Assembly (NCBI GenBank): GCA_015059015.1
Contig: SVBG01000008.1
Span: 21,022 to 85,021 of the forward strand
Direction: 5' to 3'
Source: Erysipelotrichaceae bacterium
GTDB lineage: Bacteria > Bacillota_I > Bacilli_A > ML615J-28 > CAG-313
Length of the DNA: 64,000 nt
The first letter of the stretch is position 1, and each line of letters begins with the position of its first letter. Below, piece after piece: positions 20,930-31,908 of the stretch. The translations under genes were made by a program, and so were the position numbers. The notes under the pieces are model-generated. The model was not told where the DNA came from, made no database searches, and saw only the letters and a program-made list of their open reading frames with translations.

Positions 20930-21821
20930 AATAATTATATTTATTGGTCTAATAATTTTATTTATTGTTGGAGGATGTCTAATTATGTTTAATAAGAAAT
21001 CTGAAGAATGTGAAATTATTACATTTAAGAATGATTATTATGTTGTAAATGCAAATAATAATAATTATATTAATGTACCTCTATATGTAAGTGTAAAAGA
21101 TTCTATTTTAATAGATAAAGCTGAAATAAGTAATATTTGTTTAGTTAATGATGTAGAATCAGAAATTATTCCACTTTCCATAGTAGAATTGGAGTTTTTA
21201 AATGAAGTAAATTATGATAATAAAACGTTTTTTCAATACGATTTAAAACTAGAGATAGATTTTATAATAAATAATTTAACAGTATTGGATGATGTATATT
21301 TGAAAATATCATACCATTCAATGGAAGCTGTTAAAATATTAATTGGTAATATTAGTATGTATAATTATAGTTTAAATGATCAAGTGTATTATACTAGTTT
21401 AAAAGGTATAACTAATAATTATGATGACACTGAAATGTTAGTAGGTGTTTTAGTTAAGTTAGAAACCGTTAATGATATAAATATTATTGGTATAGAATCT
21501 ATGAATAGTTCTGTTGAAATTGATTTAGAAAAATCTTATGTAGTAGAAGAAGAAGTAGCCTCAAATTTAAATGATTTAATTGATGAAAATTATAATGTAA
21601 TAGGTAGTGGAAATTGTAACAATGATATTGTTATTAAGTCTGGAGATTATTTGTTTCTATTACTAAAATACAAAGATTATACGCAAGTACCAATCCAAGG
21701 TTTTGTTATAAAATATTTATTTAATGATTCAATTAATGAAAAAGTGCTTACACCGTTTATGTTTTACAAGACAAATAATGTAAAAAGAGAAATGGTAAAA
21801 ATAGTTTATGAAATCAATTAA
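20904..21821 (+). CDS. Membrane-anchored hypothetical protein
   Basis: N-terminal TM; overlaps both neighbours. Confidence 0.7.
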   Translation: MNFLKKNYKIIIFIGLIILFIVGGCLIMFNKKSEECEIITFKNDYYVVNANNNNYINVPLYVSVKDSILIDKAEISNICLVNDVESEIIPLSIVELEFLNEVNYDNKTFFQYDLKLEIDFIINNLTVLDDVYLKISYHSMEAVKILIGNISMYNYSLNDQVYYTSLKGITNNYDDTEMLVGVLVKLETVNDINIIGIESMNSSVEIDLEKSYVVEEEVASNLNDLIDENYNVIGSGNCNNDIVIKSGDYLFLLLKYKDYTQVPIQGFVIKYLFNDSINEKVLTPFMFYKTNNVKREMVKIVYEIN

Positions 21822-22401
21822 GGTAGTTAATTTATGTAAATCATATGGGAAAAATATAGTTTTAAATGATGTAAATTTAGAATTAAACAGTGCTTTTGTA
21901 TATTTTTTGACTTCAGCAAATGGAAGTGGAAAGACAACGCTTTTTAAATGTTTATTAAGAGAAACCAACTTTAAAGGAGCAATAGAAGATAAAAATATTA
22001 TTTATTCTTATTTACCAGACAAAGTGAAAATACCATCATATGTAACAGTGTTAGAGTTTTTAATTATGTATTTAAGAATAGATTATAAAGACGTAGATAT
22101 TAACATAATTAATGAATATTTAAGTTTATTTGATATTTTAAAATATAAATATCGGTTTATGTATGAACTATCAAAGGGAACGAGGCAAAAAGTATTTATC
22201 ATAAAAACATTATTATCAAATGCTGATGTATATTTACTTGATGAACCATTAGCAGGTTTAGATTATAAAAGTAGAATAACCTTTATGATGAGGTTGAAAG
22301 ATCTTCAGGAAAAAGGAAATATTATTGTTATTGCAACTCATTATTATAATGATTATTCTTTTGATAATAAAAAAGTGATAGAAATTGATGCAAATAGTTA
22401 A
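21808..22401 (+). CDS. Short ABC ATP-binding protein
   Basis: SANGSGKTT, LSKGTRQK, YLLDEP, ATH. Confidence 0.85.
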   Translation: MKSIKVVNLCKSYGKNIVLNDVNLELNSAFVYFLTSANGSGKTTLFKCLLRETNFKGAIEDKNIIYSYLPDKVKIPSYVTVLEFLIMYLRIDYKDVDINIINEYLSLFDILKYKYRFMYELSKGTRQKVFIIKTLLSNADVYLLDEPLAGLDYKSRITFMMRLKDLQEKGNIIVIATHYYNDYSFDNKKVIEIDANS

Positions 22402-23086
22402 AATACATAGGAAATATTTAATTAACAAAGTTAATGTCTTGTTGTTCATATTTATTGTTTTTGTGGAGATTTTGATATGTTTTTTAAGTATAAAACACTT
22501 AAAGTTAGAATATAATTGGTTTGAAGGTAAAATTGCTTTTACCTCATATTTAGAAACTAATTTGATGTATTATAAGTTAGTTGTAATCAATTTGATATGT
22601 TTTATATGGGGAAATTCATTTACTAAAAATGCAAATAGTTACCATTTATTAGTAACTGGTTATCAAGGAATAAAACTTAAATATATTTTATCTAAGTTAT
22701 TAATGTTAATTATAATTACTATTTCTTTAATATTTATAAGTTTTTACTTAATGACTTTAATTGGTGTATTATGTTGTAATTTTGTAAGCATTAATAAAAT
22801 AATTTTTGAACTATTTATAAATGTGCTGTTAATTTGTATAATTTATGGTTTATTGTCGTCTGTTTTTACCATTTTAATTAATAATCAATATGCGTGTTTT
22901 TTATCTAGTGGAATTTTTGTTTTGTGTGAGTTAATTAGTGATAGTTTTAATGATATAAAGCTTTTCTATGTATTCTTTCCCGGACTTTCATTAAATTATG
23001 ATTTATGTTTTGGGATAATTCATTTATTATTTATTTCTATAATTTATGTTTTTTTGGTTGTTTTAGTTTATTTATATAAAAAATAA
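22388..23086 (+). CDS. ABC-2-type permease-like membrane protein
   Basis: About six TM helices; overlaps the ATPase gene. Confidence 0.7.
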   Translation: MQIVKIHRKYLINKVNVLLFIFIVFVEILICFLSIKHLKLEYNWFEGKIAFTSYLETNLMYYKLVVINLICFIWGNSFTKNANSYHLLVTGYQGIKLKYILSKLLMLIIITISLIFISFYLMTLIGVLCCNFVSINKIIFELFINVLLICIIYGLLSSVFTILINNQYACFLSSGIFVLCELISDSFNDIKLFYVFFPGLSLNYDLCFGIIHLLFISIIYVFLVVLVYLYKK

Positions 23087-23149
23087 GGGTATATTATTTG
23101 CGAGAAGTAGAAAATTATGGTATAATATCTACGAATTAAATAGTGTTTA

Positions 23150-23260
23150 TGAAAAGTAGAAGTCCCACTTCTCACCTGACCAAATATTTTGGTGGGTAAA
23201 AGAGTCATTATTCCTAATATATTGGAACAACTGAGGTGGGCATATTATGCTCACTTTTTA
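23150..23260 (+). ncRNA. L20 leader RNA
   Basis: AAGTAGAAGTCCCACTTCTCACCTGA...GAGGTGGG upstream of infC-rpmI-rplT, downstream of a TTGCGA-17-TATAAT promoter (23098-23126). Confidence 0.85.
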
Positions 23261-23308
23261 TTCTTTTCAAAATACAATTTATTTCAAAAATTTTTGGAGG
23301 TGGACAGT

Positions 23309-23848
23309 ATTAAGCCAACAGATAAAAAAGGTGAAAACCTAATCAATGAACAAATTGAAGCTAGTTATGTATTAGTTATTGATGAAAGCGGAAATCAACT
23401 TGGTAAATTACCAATTGAAGAGGCATTAAGTATTGCAGATGACAAGGGATTAGATCTTGTTTGTGTAGCACCTAATGCGGAAGTGCCTGTTTGTAAATTA
23501 ATGGATTATTCTAAATACCGTTATGAACAAAACAAGCGTGCTAAAGAAGCAAAGAAAAATCAAAAAATTATTAGCGTTAAAGAAGTAAGACTTAGTCCTA
23601 CTATTGATGTGGGCGACTATGAAACTAAAGCTCGCGCTGCGCGCAAATTTATTGAGGGTGGCGATAAAGTTAAGGTTAGTTGTCGTTTCCGTGGTCGTAT
23701 GATTGAGCAAGCTAATAATACAAAAGATTTATTCTTAAAATTTGCGGAAAAGCTATCTGATATTGCGCAAGTAGATCAACAACCAACACTTGATGGACGT
23801 AATATGTTCATGGTATTGAGTCCAAAAATGCAAAAAAAGAAAAAATAA
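23309..23848 (+). CDS. infC: Translation initiation factor IF-3, ATT start codon
   Basis: GGAGGTG RBS then ATT at 23309; INEQI, LDLV, PVCKLMDY, KEVRL motifs. Confidence 0.95.
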   Translation: MKPTDKKGENLINEQIEASYVLVIDESGNQLGKLPIEEALSIADDKGLDLVCVAPNAEVPVCKLMDYSKYRYEQNKRAKEAKKNQKIISVKEVRLSPTIDVGDYETKARAARKFIEGGDKVKVSCRFRGRMIEQANNTKDLFLKFAEKLSDIAQVDQQPTLDGRNMFMVLSPKMQKKKK

Positions 23849-23865
23849 TAAAGGAGAAAAGAATC

Positions 23866-24066
23866 ATGCCAAAAATGAAAACTCATGCAGGAACAAAGAA
23901 ACGTATTAAAGTTACTGGTTCTGGCAAATTCAAACGTAGTCGTGCAGGTAATCAACATCTTGCACCAGGAAAAACACAAAAACAAACAAGACAATTGAGA
24001 AAATTCTCTCTAGTTACTACTAGTGATGTTAAGAGAATTAGACAACAATTGGATCAAATTAAGTAA
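23866..24066 (+). CDS. rpmI: 50S ribosomal protein L35
   Basis: MPKMKTH..KKR.K.TGSGK. Confidence 0.97.
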   Translation: MPKMKTHAGTKKRIKVTGSGKFKRSRAGNQHLAPGKTQKQTRQLRKFSLVTTSDVKRIRQQLDQIK

Positions 24067-24082
24067 GGAGGACTAAGAGAAT

Positions 24083-24442
24083 ATGCCACGTACTAAAGGC
24101 GGAGTAGTCGCAAGAAGAAGACGTAATCGAGTTCTAAAAGCAGCTAAAGGTTTCTGGGGTTCAAAACATTGTTTATTTAAAGTTGCTAATCAACAAGTAA
24201 TGAAAGGTCGTCAATATGCATTTAGAGACCGTAAAAACAATAAACGTAACTTCCGTAAATTATGGATTGTTCGTATCAATGCTGCTGCACGTATGCAAGG
24301 ATTAACATATAGTGTATTAATGCACGGTTTAAAAGTTGCTAATATTGATATTAATAGAAAGATGTTAGCTGACTTAGCTGTAAACGATATTGCTATGTTT
24401 AATAGTCTTTGTGATGCTGCTAAAAAAGCTCTTGCAAAATAA
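24083..24442 (+). CDS. rplT: 50S ribosomal protein L20
   Basis: [26 protein letters not shown]. Confidence 0.98.
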   Translation: MPRTKGGVVARRRRNRVLKAAKGFWGSKHCLFKVANQQVMKGRQYAFRDRKNNKRNFRKLWIVRINAAARMQGLTYSVLMHGLKVANIDINRKMLADLAVNDIAMFNSLCDAAKKALAK

Positions 24443-24450
24443 TTAAAATA

Positions 24451-24488
24451 AAAATACTATTGAGAAAAATTCCCAATAGTATTTTTTT
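24451..24488. terminator. Bidirectional terminator
   Basis: aaaatactattg...caatagtatttt between convergent genes. Confidence 0.7.
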
Positions 24489-27280
24489 TATTTTTTCTTT
24501 TTAAGAACTACATATGTAAGTGCAATAGAGGACATTAAATTGATTACTAATAATGCATTTTTCTTGCCACATTTTTTCTTAGTAGCTGCTTGATTTTCTG
24601 CAATAACATCGCTATTCCATTTTGCAAACAATTTCATATCACCTTTTGCATCAATTGAAATCTCAGTAATAGGATTACCACTTAATTCTTTATTATCATA
24701 CCAACCTACAAATGTATCATTTTCACGTGTAGGTGTGGGAAGAGTCAATGATTCACCTTCTATATATGAAGTTACTGCTCCTTCACTTAATTTGCCACCT
24801 CTAGTATCATAAGTGATTTTAGATATTTTTGCCCACTTAGCATATAGATTTAAATCACCTTTAGTGTCTTTTGTAATAGATTCAATAGTGTCTCCAGTAA
24901 ATTCGGAATTTAGATACCATCCCTTGAATTCGTAATTGCTACGAGTTGGTATTGGAAGAGTAAATTCATCACCTTCAATGTATGAATTAATCTTTGATTC
25001 TAGAGTTCCTTCTGATGTATTATAATCAATAGAGAATTCTTGCGCCCATTTAGCATATAAATCAAGATTACCTTGAGTATTCTCTGTAATAGATTCAATC
25101 TTTTCGCTAGTAAACTCAGGATTTAAATACCAACCCATAAATTGATAACCATCACGAGTAGGTGAAGGTAGTGAGTAAGTGTATCCTTCAAAGTATGTTG
25201 AAGGTTCTTGATTTGTAAGTTCTCCACCTAATATATTATAGGAAATAGTGAATTTTTGTCTCCATTTAGCGTATAAAACAAGATCTCCTTTTGTAGTTCC
25301 TGTTACAGAGTCAATTGGTTCACCAGTATATTCAGGGTTATCATACCATCCTAAGAACATGTCTTCATTTCTATATGGAGTTTGTAATGAGAATGAATCT
25401 CCTTCTAAATATGAAGTCTGTGCAGAAGAATTTATTTCTCCACCAAGTGTATTATAAGTTATTGAATATTCTTTTGCCCATTTAGCGTAATATGTTTTAT
25501 CACCTGATACATCACTTTTAATTTTAGTAACAGCAGTTCCTTCAAATAACTCGTTTTCAAACCAACCTTCAAATACATGTCCATCTTTAATTGGAGTAGG
25601 AAGTTTAGTTACTTTTCCTGACATGTAAGTCACCCATTCTTCAGGTGACGTAAGTATTCCACCATCAAGTTCGAGATTTAAATTATATGGAACTAAATTT
25701 GTTATATCAAATTCTTGTTCAATTGTTGAACCATCATATTTAATAAGAGTTACTTTAATTTTATAGTTGCGATCATTAAAAATAGGTCCAATATTTTGTG
25801 AAAGTAATTTTTCTGATGCTATAAAAGTTGAATATTCAGTAGTATTATCATTAGCTGTACGTTCAATTTTTACTGTTTTTACGTTTCCGTAATAAACTTT
25901 TGTCCAGGAAATTGTAGCATCTTCATTTTCTTTATCATAGTTTAGTTTTAAACCTTTAAGTAGAGTAGAATCTTTTTGTGTAGTAACTGTTGCGCTACGT
26001 TTTGGTAATAGGTCAAAAGTTAAAAGTTCACCAGAATTGTATTTAGTTGCTTTTTCACCTGCTTCATTATAAACAGTTAAAGTTAATTTTGAATTTGTTA
26101 CAGAGATTGTGTTAATTTTATAATTTGTATTTTCATAATCATCAACATCATCTTTGTAGTCTTCTGATATACCATATTGTTTGTGTTGAGTTGCAGGACT
26201 AACATAATATGTTACACCTAAATCCGCATTTTTTTCATTATTATATAAGGTATCTTTACGTATATATAGGTGTTCATGTCCGCCAATAACTAAATCTACT
26301 TGGTATTCTTCGAATAATTTACCAAAATTATTCATCATCCATTTTGAATCAGATTGGTAACTTCCTCCTGTAATCGCATTTGCATGTGTACCAACAATAA
26401 TCCATTGTGAAGGATTAGTTTCAATAACATTTTTAACCCATTCTTTATGTTCAGTTACATTCTTTTTATCAATTACGTCTAACATAATAAATAAAATATT
26501 ACCATAATTAAAATAGTATGAAGAGTTTATTTTAGATTCTGGTCCATTTTGTGGATTGTTATGAAATTGATTGTAGTATAATGGGGATACATATGCACTA
26601 TCAAGCGAGTGATAATATTCATGGTTACCTGGAATTGATGCAACCATAATATCTTTATAAACTTGCATTCCTGAATAATATGATTCCCAATGAGCTTCAT
26701 ATCCACCACGGTCAACTTGGTCACCTGTTAAAACTAATAAATTTAAGTTTCTGACATTTGATCTTACATTATTAATCATCGTATTTGCTCTAGTTGGAGT
26801 ATAACTACCACCTGCAGCATGTATATCTGTTCCAAATAAGAAGTTAATATTTGTAGATGATGCAGATGCAGTTTTAAATTTATATACTGTAGAAATAGCT
26901 GTACCTGCGTATACACGATAGTAATACTGAGTATTTTCAGAAAGATTAGTTAAATTAACTTTGCAAACATATCTTTCTGCAAATCCAGTGTTATCATCTG
27001 TACCAACTTTATCAGAACTCCATAGAGTTGATGTTGCAGCTTGTGTAAGTGTTGTTTCTTGAGTGAAATTAGAAGTAGTACTATATTGAACATATGATTC
27101 TGCAGTAGAACTATGATAATTAATACCGATACTAGTTTCGTTCTCACCTACACAAGTAGTAATATAGGATATTGAATCAGTGTTAGCTGAAAGTTTTTGT
27201 GAATAAAAACCCATTGCTAAAATAAAAAGCGTTAGTCCGAATGAGACTATTAAAAATGATTTTATAATAATTTTTTTCAT
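24488..27280 (-). CDS. Surface purple-acid-phosphatase-like metallophosphoesterase with five InlB B-type repeats and C-terminal anchor
   Basis: DIH, GDQVD, GNHE, GHEH motifs; five P.R.G..F.GWY...LYAKW-type repeats; terminal TM plus KKKK. Confidence 0.88.
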   Translation of the reverse strand: MKKIIIKSFLIVSFGLTLFILAMGFYSQKLSANTDSISYITTCVGENETSIGINYHSSTAESYVQYSTTSNFTQETTLTQAATSTLWSSDKVGTDDNTGFAERYVCKVNLTNLSENTQYYYRVYAGTAISTVYKFKTASASSTNINFLFGTDIHAAGGSYTPTRANTMINNVRSNVRNLNLLVLTGDQVDRGGYEAHWESYYSGMQVYKDIMVASIPGNHEYYHSLDSAYVSPLYYNQFHNNPQNGPESKINSSYYFNYGNILFIMLDVIDKKNVTEHKEWVKNVIETNPSQWIIVGTHANAITGGSYQSDSKWMMNNFGKLFEEYQVDLVIGGHEHLYIRKDTLYNNEKNADLGVTYYVSPATQHKQYGISEDYKDDVDDYENTNYKINTISVTNSKLTLTVYNEAGEKATKYNSGELLTFDLLPKRSATVTTQKDSTLLKGLKLNYDKENEDATISWTKVYYGNVKTVKIERTANDNTTEYSTFIASEKLLSQNIGPIFNDRNYKIKVTLIKYDGSTIEQEFDITNLVPYNLNLELDGGILTSPEEWVTYMSGKVTKLPTPIKDGHVFEGWFENELFEGTAVTKIKSDVSGDKTYYAKWAKEYSITYNTLGGEINSSAQTSYLEGDSFSLQTPYRNEDMFLGWYDNPEYTGEPIDSVTGTTKGDLVLYAKWRQKFTISYNILGGELTNQEPSTYFEGYTYSLPSPTRDGYQFMGWYLNPEFTSEKIESITENTQGNLDLYAKWAQEFSIDYNTSEGTLESKINSYIEGDEFTLPIPTRSNYEFKGWYLNSEFTGDTIESITKDTKGDLNLYAKWAKISKITYDTRGGKLSEGAVTSYIEGESLTLPTPTRENDTFVGWYDNKELSGNPITEISIDAKGDMKLFAKWNSDVIAENQAATKKKCGKKNALLVINLMSSIALTYVVLKKKK

Positions 27281-27412
27281 TTAGTCCTCCTTGTTTCGTA
27301 TTTATTATAACATAACTTTAAAAAAATATCTTAAAATTAATATTCAATTAATCAAAAAACTTTATAATATGGTCATAATGTGTTATAATATATAACAAGA
27401 AAGAGGTTAACT

Positions 27413-28426
27413 ATGTATCAAAAATTTAAAAATTGTATTTTAAAACCACGCAATATTGCGGATTATATTAAAGAACCTAAAAAGCAAACTGTTTCATATA
27501 TGATTGTTTTATTAGTGATTTATATAATTCCGTTTGTTTTAATTTCTTTACTTTCTAATTCTAATGTTACAACTATTTCATCAAGTGTATCTGAAGATTT
27601 TATTAGTGCTGATGAAATTAATTATGTAATAGAAGATGGAAAATTAAAATCAACAACTGATAATGCTGTTCCTCAATATATAAAAACAGATTTAATTGTT
27701 GAAACTTATAAATTTAATGCATTATATGTTTTTGATTTAACTGGTGATAGTTTTGAATCTGTATTAGATGTTGAAAACGGTTTATACATTTTGTTTTTAT
27801 TAACTGAAAATGAATTTAAAATTTGTAGTGTTGAAATAACTAAAAATAATAATCAAGAAAATAATAATGGTTCTGGTGTTGTCGTTAGTTTTATGACTAG
27901 TGAAAATAATAGTAACATAACTAAATATATTAGTTTATCTTATGAAGAACTTGAAATAACAAATATAAATTTTGCAGGTAACAAAGATACTAATACTATT
28001 AATTTTAGAAATGATATCGCAACAGTTGTATCTGCAATTTATAATAATATTAAGATAAAATTATTACCTATAATTATCATTGTTATAATTATTCTTGCAG
28101 TAGGATCGTATTTCTTCTCAGTATTATTTATAACATTATTAACTAAAATATTATATCGTTATTTACAAGTTGATTTTGGAATTGTGTTTAAAACTGTTAT
28201 TTTATCTTCAACTCCATATGTTATATGTAGTTTATTAGGGTTACTTATTGGAATAAGTTTATTAGAAATCGTTGGTCAATTTATCATGATTGCTTATACT
28301 ACAAAAGCACTTATGACTTACAAAATTAAATATGATGGTGGCATACCACTACCAAGATATATGCAAAATATGATGAATGATAAAAAAGATGATGAGGAGA
28401 AAGGAAGTGGAGATGATGAGTTATAA
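27413..28426 (+). CDS. DUF1189-like membrane protein
   Basis: N-terminal TM, extracellular domain, C-terminal TMs with SSTPY motif. Confidence 0.6.
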   Translation: MYQKFKNCILKPRNIADYIKEPKKQTVSYMIVLLVIYIIPFVLISLLSNSNVTTISSSVSEDFISADEINYVIEDGKLKSTTDNAVPQYIKTDLIVETYKFNALYVFDLTGDSFESVLDVENGLYILFLLTENEFKICSVEITKNNNQENNNGSGVVVSFMTSENNSNITKYISLSYEELEITNINFAGNKDTNTINFRNDIATVVSAIYNNIKIKLLPIIIIVIIILAVGSYFFSVLFITLLTKILYRYLQVDFGIVFKTVILSSTPYVICSLLGLLIGISLLEIVGQFIMIAYTTKALMTYKIKYDGGIPLPRYMQNMMNDKKDDEEKGSGDDEL

Positions 28427-30809
28427 TCATCAAGAAATAGAAAAAAAATGGCAAAAGTATTGGGAAGAAAATAATACATTTAAAACTGATGTTTGGGATT
28501 TTTCTAAACCTAAATTTTATGCGTTAGATATGTTCCCTTATCCATCTGGTGTAGGACTTCATGCAGGACATCCAGAAGGTTATACAGCAACTGATATTGT
28601 TTCAAGAATGAAGAGAATGCAAGGATTTAATGTTTTACATCCGATGGGATATGATTCATTTGGTTTACCTGCTGAACAATATGCTATTTCTACAGGTAAC
28701 CATCCTGATGGATTTACACAAAAAAATATTCAAACATTTTCTAAACAATTAAAAGAATTAGGATTTGATTATGACTGGAATAAAGTAATTGCTACATCTG
28801 ATGCGTCTTTTTATAAGTGGACACAATGGATTTTTAAGAATCTTTATTTAGATGGATATGCAAAATATGTTGATATGCCAGTTAACTGGTGTGAAGAACT
28901 AGGAACAGTACTTTCTAATGATGAAGTAATTGATGGTAAATCAGAACGTGGTGGATATCCTGTTATTAGAAAAAACATGAAACAATGGGTTATCGATCAA
29001 GCTGCATTTGGGGACTTATTATTAGAAGGATTAGATAGGATTGATTGGCCTGAATCTACTAAAGAAATGCAAAGAAACTGGATCGGTAGAAGTGAAGGTG
29101 CGTTAATTGATTTTAATGTTTCAGGTACAGATTATAAATTCACTGTCTTTACTACAAGAGCTGATACTTTATTTGGTGCAACATATTGCGTGCTTTCTCC
29201 GGAACATGAATTAATTAAGAATATTACAACATCTGAGCAAAAAGAATCTATTGATAAATATGTAGAAGAAGCTAGTAAAAAGTCCGAACTTGAAAGAACT
29301 TCTTTAAATAAAGATAAAACAGGATGCTTTACAGGTAGTTATGCAGTAAACCCTGCTAATGGTAAATTAATACCGATTTACATTTCTGATTATGTACTAT
29401 CAACTTATGGTACTGGTGCTATTATGGCTGTTCCTGCTCATGACACAAGAGACTATGAATTTGCTAAAAAATTTGGTATTGAAATAATTCCTGTATTAGA
29501 AGGTGGAAATATTTTAGAAGAAGCTTATACTGAAGATGGTATTCATATTAATTCAGGATTCTTAGATGGTCTTAATAAAGAAGATGCAATTAATAAAATG
29601 ATTGCTTATTTAGAAGAAAAGAATATTGGTAAAAAGAAAGTTAATTTTAAATTTAGAGAATGGATTTTTGCACGTCAAAGATATTGGGGTGAACCAGTTC
29701 CAGTAGTTCATTTAGAAGATGGTAAAATCTATGTGCTTGCAGATGAAGAGTTACCTTTAGTATTACCAGTACTAACTGATTATAAATCTAAAAATGGTAA
29801 AGCTCCACTTGAAAATGCAGAAGAATGGAAACAATATAATCATAATGGTGTTGTTGGTAAACGTGAAACTTCAACAATGCCAGGTTCAGCAGGTTCTAGT
29901 TGGTATTTTATGAGATATATTGATCCGAATAATGATGAAGTATTTGCTGATAAAAGACTTCTTGATCACTGGTTACCAGTTGACTTATATATCGGTGGAC
30001 CTGAACATACTGTAGGACACTTAATGTATTCAAGAATTTGGACAAAGTATTTATATCAAAAAGGTTATGTAAGCGTTGATGAACCATTTAAAAAGTTAGT
30101 TCATCAAGGAATGATTCTTGGCTCTAATGGAATTAAAATGGGTAAGAGATTCCCTGAATTTGTTGTAAATCCTAGTGATATTGTAAGAGATTTTGGTGCA
30201 GATACACTTAGACTTTATGAAATGTTTATGGGACCACTTGAACAATCAAAGCCATGGTCTAATCAAGGTGTTGAAGGTGCTTATAAATTTATTAATCGAG
30301 TGTATAGAATTATTGTAGAAGCTGGTATTATTTGTGATGAAGAAGTAAAAGAACTTGAAAAAGTATATCATCAAACAGTTAAGAAAGTTACGACTGACTA
30401 TGAAAACTTAGCATTTAATACTGCTATTTCACAAATGATGATCTTTATTAATGAAGTATATAAAGTTAATAAATTACCTAAGTCTTATGCAGAAGGATTT
30501 GTTAAGATGATTAGTTGTATTACACCACATTTAGGTGAAGAATTATGGAGTTTACTTGGTCATACAAATACAATTGCTTATGAACCTTGGCCTACATTTG
30601 ATGAAGCTAAATGTGTTGAAAATGTAATAACTATTGTTATTCAAGTAAATGGTAAAATTAGAGATAAAGTAGAAGTAGATGCTGCGATCTCTAAAGAAGA
30701 ACTAGAAAGATTAGCACTTTCAACTGATAAGATTAAAGAATTATTAAATGGTAATACTCCTAAGAAGGTAATTGTTGTTCCTAAAAAATTAGTAAGTATT
30801 GTATTATAA
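28413..30809 (+). CDS. leuS: Leucine--tRNA ligase
   Basis: [36 protein letters not shown]. Confidence 0.97.
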   Translation: MMSYNHQEIEKKWQKYWEENNTFKTDVWDFSKPKFYALDMFPYPSGVGLHAGHPEGYTATDIVSRMKRMQGFNVLHPMGYDSFGLPAEQYAISTGNHPDGFTQKNIQTFSKQLKELGFDYDWNKVIATSDASFYKWTQWIFKNLYLDGYAKYVDMPVNWCEELGTVLSNDEVIDGKSERGGYPVIRKNMKQWVIDQAAFGDLLLEGLDRIDWPESTKEMQRNWIGRSEGALIDFNVSGTDYKFTVFTTRADTLFGATYCVLSPEHELIKNITTSEQKESIDKYVEEASKKSELERTSLNKDKTGCFTGSYAVNPANGKLIPIYISDYVLSTYGTGAIMAVPAHDTRDYEFAKKFGIEIIPVLEGGNILEEAYTEDGIHINSGFLDGLNKEDAINKMIAYLEEKNIGKKKVNFKFREWIFARQRYWGEPVPVVHLEDGKIYVLADEELPLVLPVLTDYKSKNGKAPLENAEEWKQYNHNGVVGKRETSTMPGSAGSSWYFMRYIDPNNDEVFADKRLLDHWLPVDLYIGGPEHTVGHLMYSRIWTKYLYQKGYVSVDEPFKKLVHQGMILGSNGIKMGKRFPEFVVNPSDIVRDFGADTLRLYEMFMGPLEQSKPWSNQGVEGAYKFINRVYRIIVEAGIICDEEVKELEKVYHQTVKKVTTDYENLAFNTAISQMMIFINEVYKVNKLPKSYAEGFVKMISCITPHLGEELWSLLGHTNTIAYEPWPTFDEAKCVENVITIVIQVNGKIRDKVEVDAAISKEELERLALSTDKIKELLNGNTPKKVIVVPKKLVSIVL

Positions 30810-30822
30810 AAGTGATTTAATT

Positions 30823-30851
30823 AGGAAACACTTATTTTAGTGTTTCCTTTT
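30823..30851 (+). terminator. Intrinsic terminator
   Basis: aggaaacact...agtgtttcct followed by Ts. Confidence 0.75.
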
Positions 30852-30887
30852 AATATTGAGTTAATAATAAGATATTAAAATATTGTT

Positions 30888-31154
30888 ATGATGAATATGA
30901 TAAATAAAATAATGAAGTTTATTGGATTAGATAATACTACGAAGTGTAGTTTTAATTCATTTATAATTGGAAAAAAAAGTTATATATTACTCGAATTCAT
31001 TGATGATGAAAGTATTATATTTAGTAAAATAATTAATACATTAGTTAATAATAATATTTATTTTTATTGGTTTAGAAGTTATAATGAATTTGAAAATAAT
31101 ATGGATTATTTAGAATTTATTGATGATAGATATTTTTTTATCATTATTGGATAA
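30888..31154 (+). CDS. Hypothetical protein (doubtful)
   Basis: 88-aa ORF, no clear RBS or motif. Confidence 0.3.
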   Translation: MMNMINKIMKFIGLDNTTKCSFNSFIIGKKSYILLEFIDDESIIFSKIINTLVNNNIYFYWFRSYNEFENNMDYLEFIDDRYFFIIIG

Positions 31155-31246
31155 AAAAATTAAATAATTACTTTACAAGTTTTTTTTTATATGGTAAAAT
31201 ATATATGTAAGAATAATACTATTTTTCTTACAGAAGGAGGCTTTCT

Positions 31247-31792
31247 ATGAGAATTAATATTAGAACTAAAGGCTCTGTTAAAATGAGTGATAATGTAAAA
31301 GAGCACATCACTAAACAGGTCATGGAACTTGACAAACTATTTAATGAAAGCGAGCATATAAACGTTAATGTTTTATGTGCGGAAAAGGGTGGAAAAAATT
31401 CAACCGAAATCACAATTGTTTTGAAACAAGTGATCTTACGTTCTGAATGTAAAGGTGATACTTTATATGCTGCAATTAATCAAGCAGTGGATAAAATTGA
31501 ACAACAACTTATCCGTTATAAGAAAAAAGTTAATGCCTTTATTAAAAAACGTGAAGGTATTTCTGAATATTTCCAAGAAAAACTTGAAGAAAAAGATCAA
31601 CTTGAAGAAAAACAAGAAACTGTTCGTGTTAAGAAAGTTGACTTAACACTTATGAGTGTTGATGAAGCTATTACACAAATGGAATTATTAGATCATAAAT
31701 TCTATTTATTCAAGAATGAAGAAAATAATAATGTCGCGGTTGTTTATAAACGTGATAATGGAGGCTATGGTCTTTTAGAATCATTAGAATAA
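31247..31792 (+). CDS. hpf: Long-form ribosome hibernation promoting factor
   Basis: LYAAI..AVDKIEQQL..YK and MSVDEAI.QMELLDH.F..F...VVYKR..G.YGL. Confidence 0.93.
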   Translation: MRINIRTKGSVKMSDNVKEHITKQVMELDKLFNESEHINVNVLCAEKGGKNSTEITIVLKQVILRSECKGDTLYAAINQAVDKIEQQLIRYKKKVNAFIKKREGISEYFQEKLEEKDQLEEKQETVRVKKVDLTLMSVDEAITQMELLDHKFYLFKNEENNNVAVVYKRDNGGYGLLESLE

Positions 31793-31800
31793 AATTATTT

Positions 31801-31832
31801 GAACCAGTTCTTTAAAGAATTGGTTCTTTTTT
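31801..31832 (+). terminator. Intrinsic terminator
   Basis: gaaccagttct...agaattggttc followed by a T-run. Confidence 0.75.
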
Positions 31833-31908
31833 CTTTTAATTATATTGTAAAAAAATTTTGAATATGTTAAAATATATTTAAGAAAAAAATATTAATGAGG
31901 TGAAAATT

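Noticed and set aside
23189-23308. N-terminal extension of IF-3 shown in the ORF track
   Set aside because: It overlaps the L20 leader; the RBS points to ATT 23309, the well-known autoregulatory infC start.
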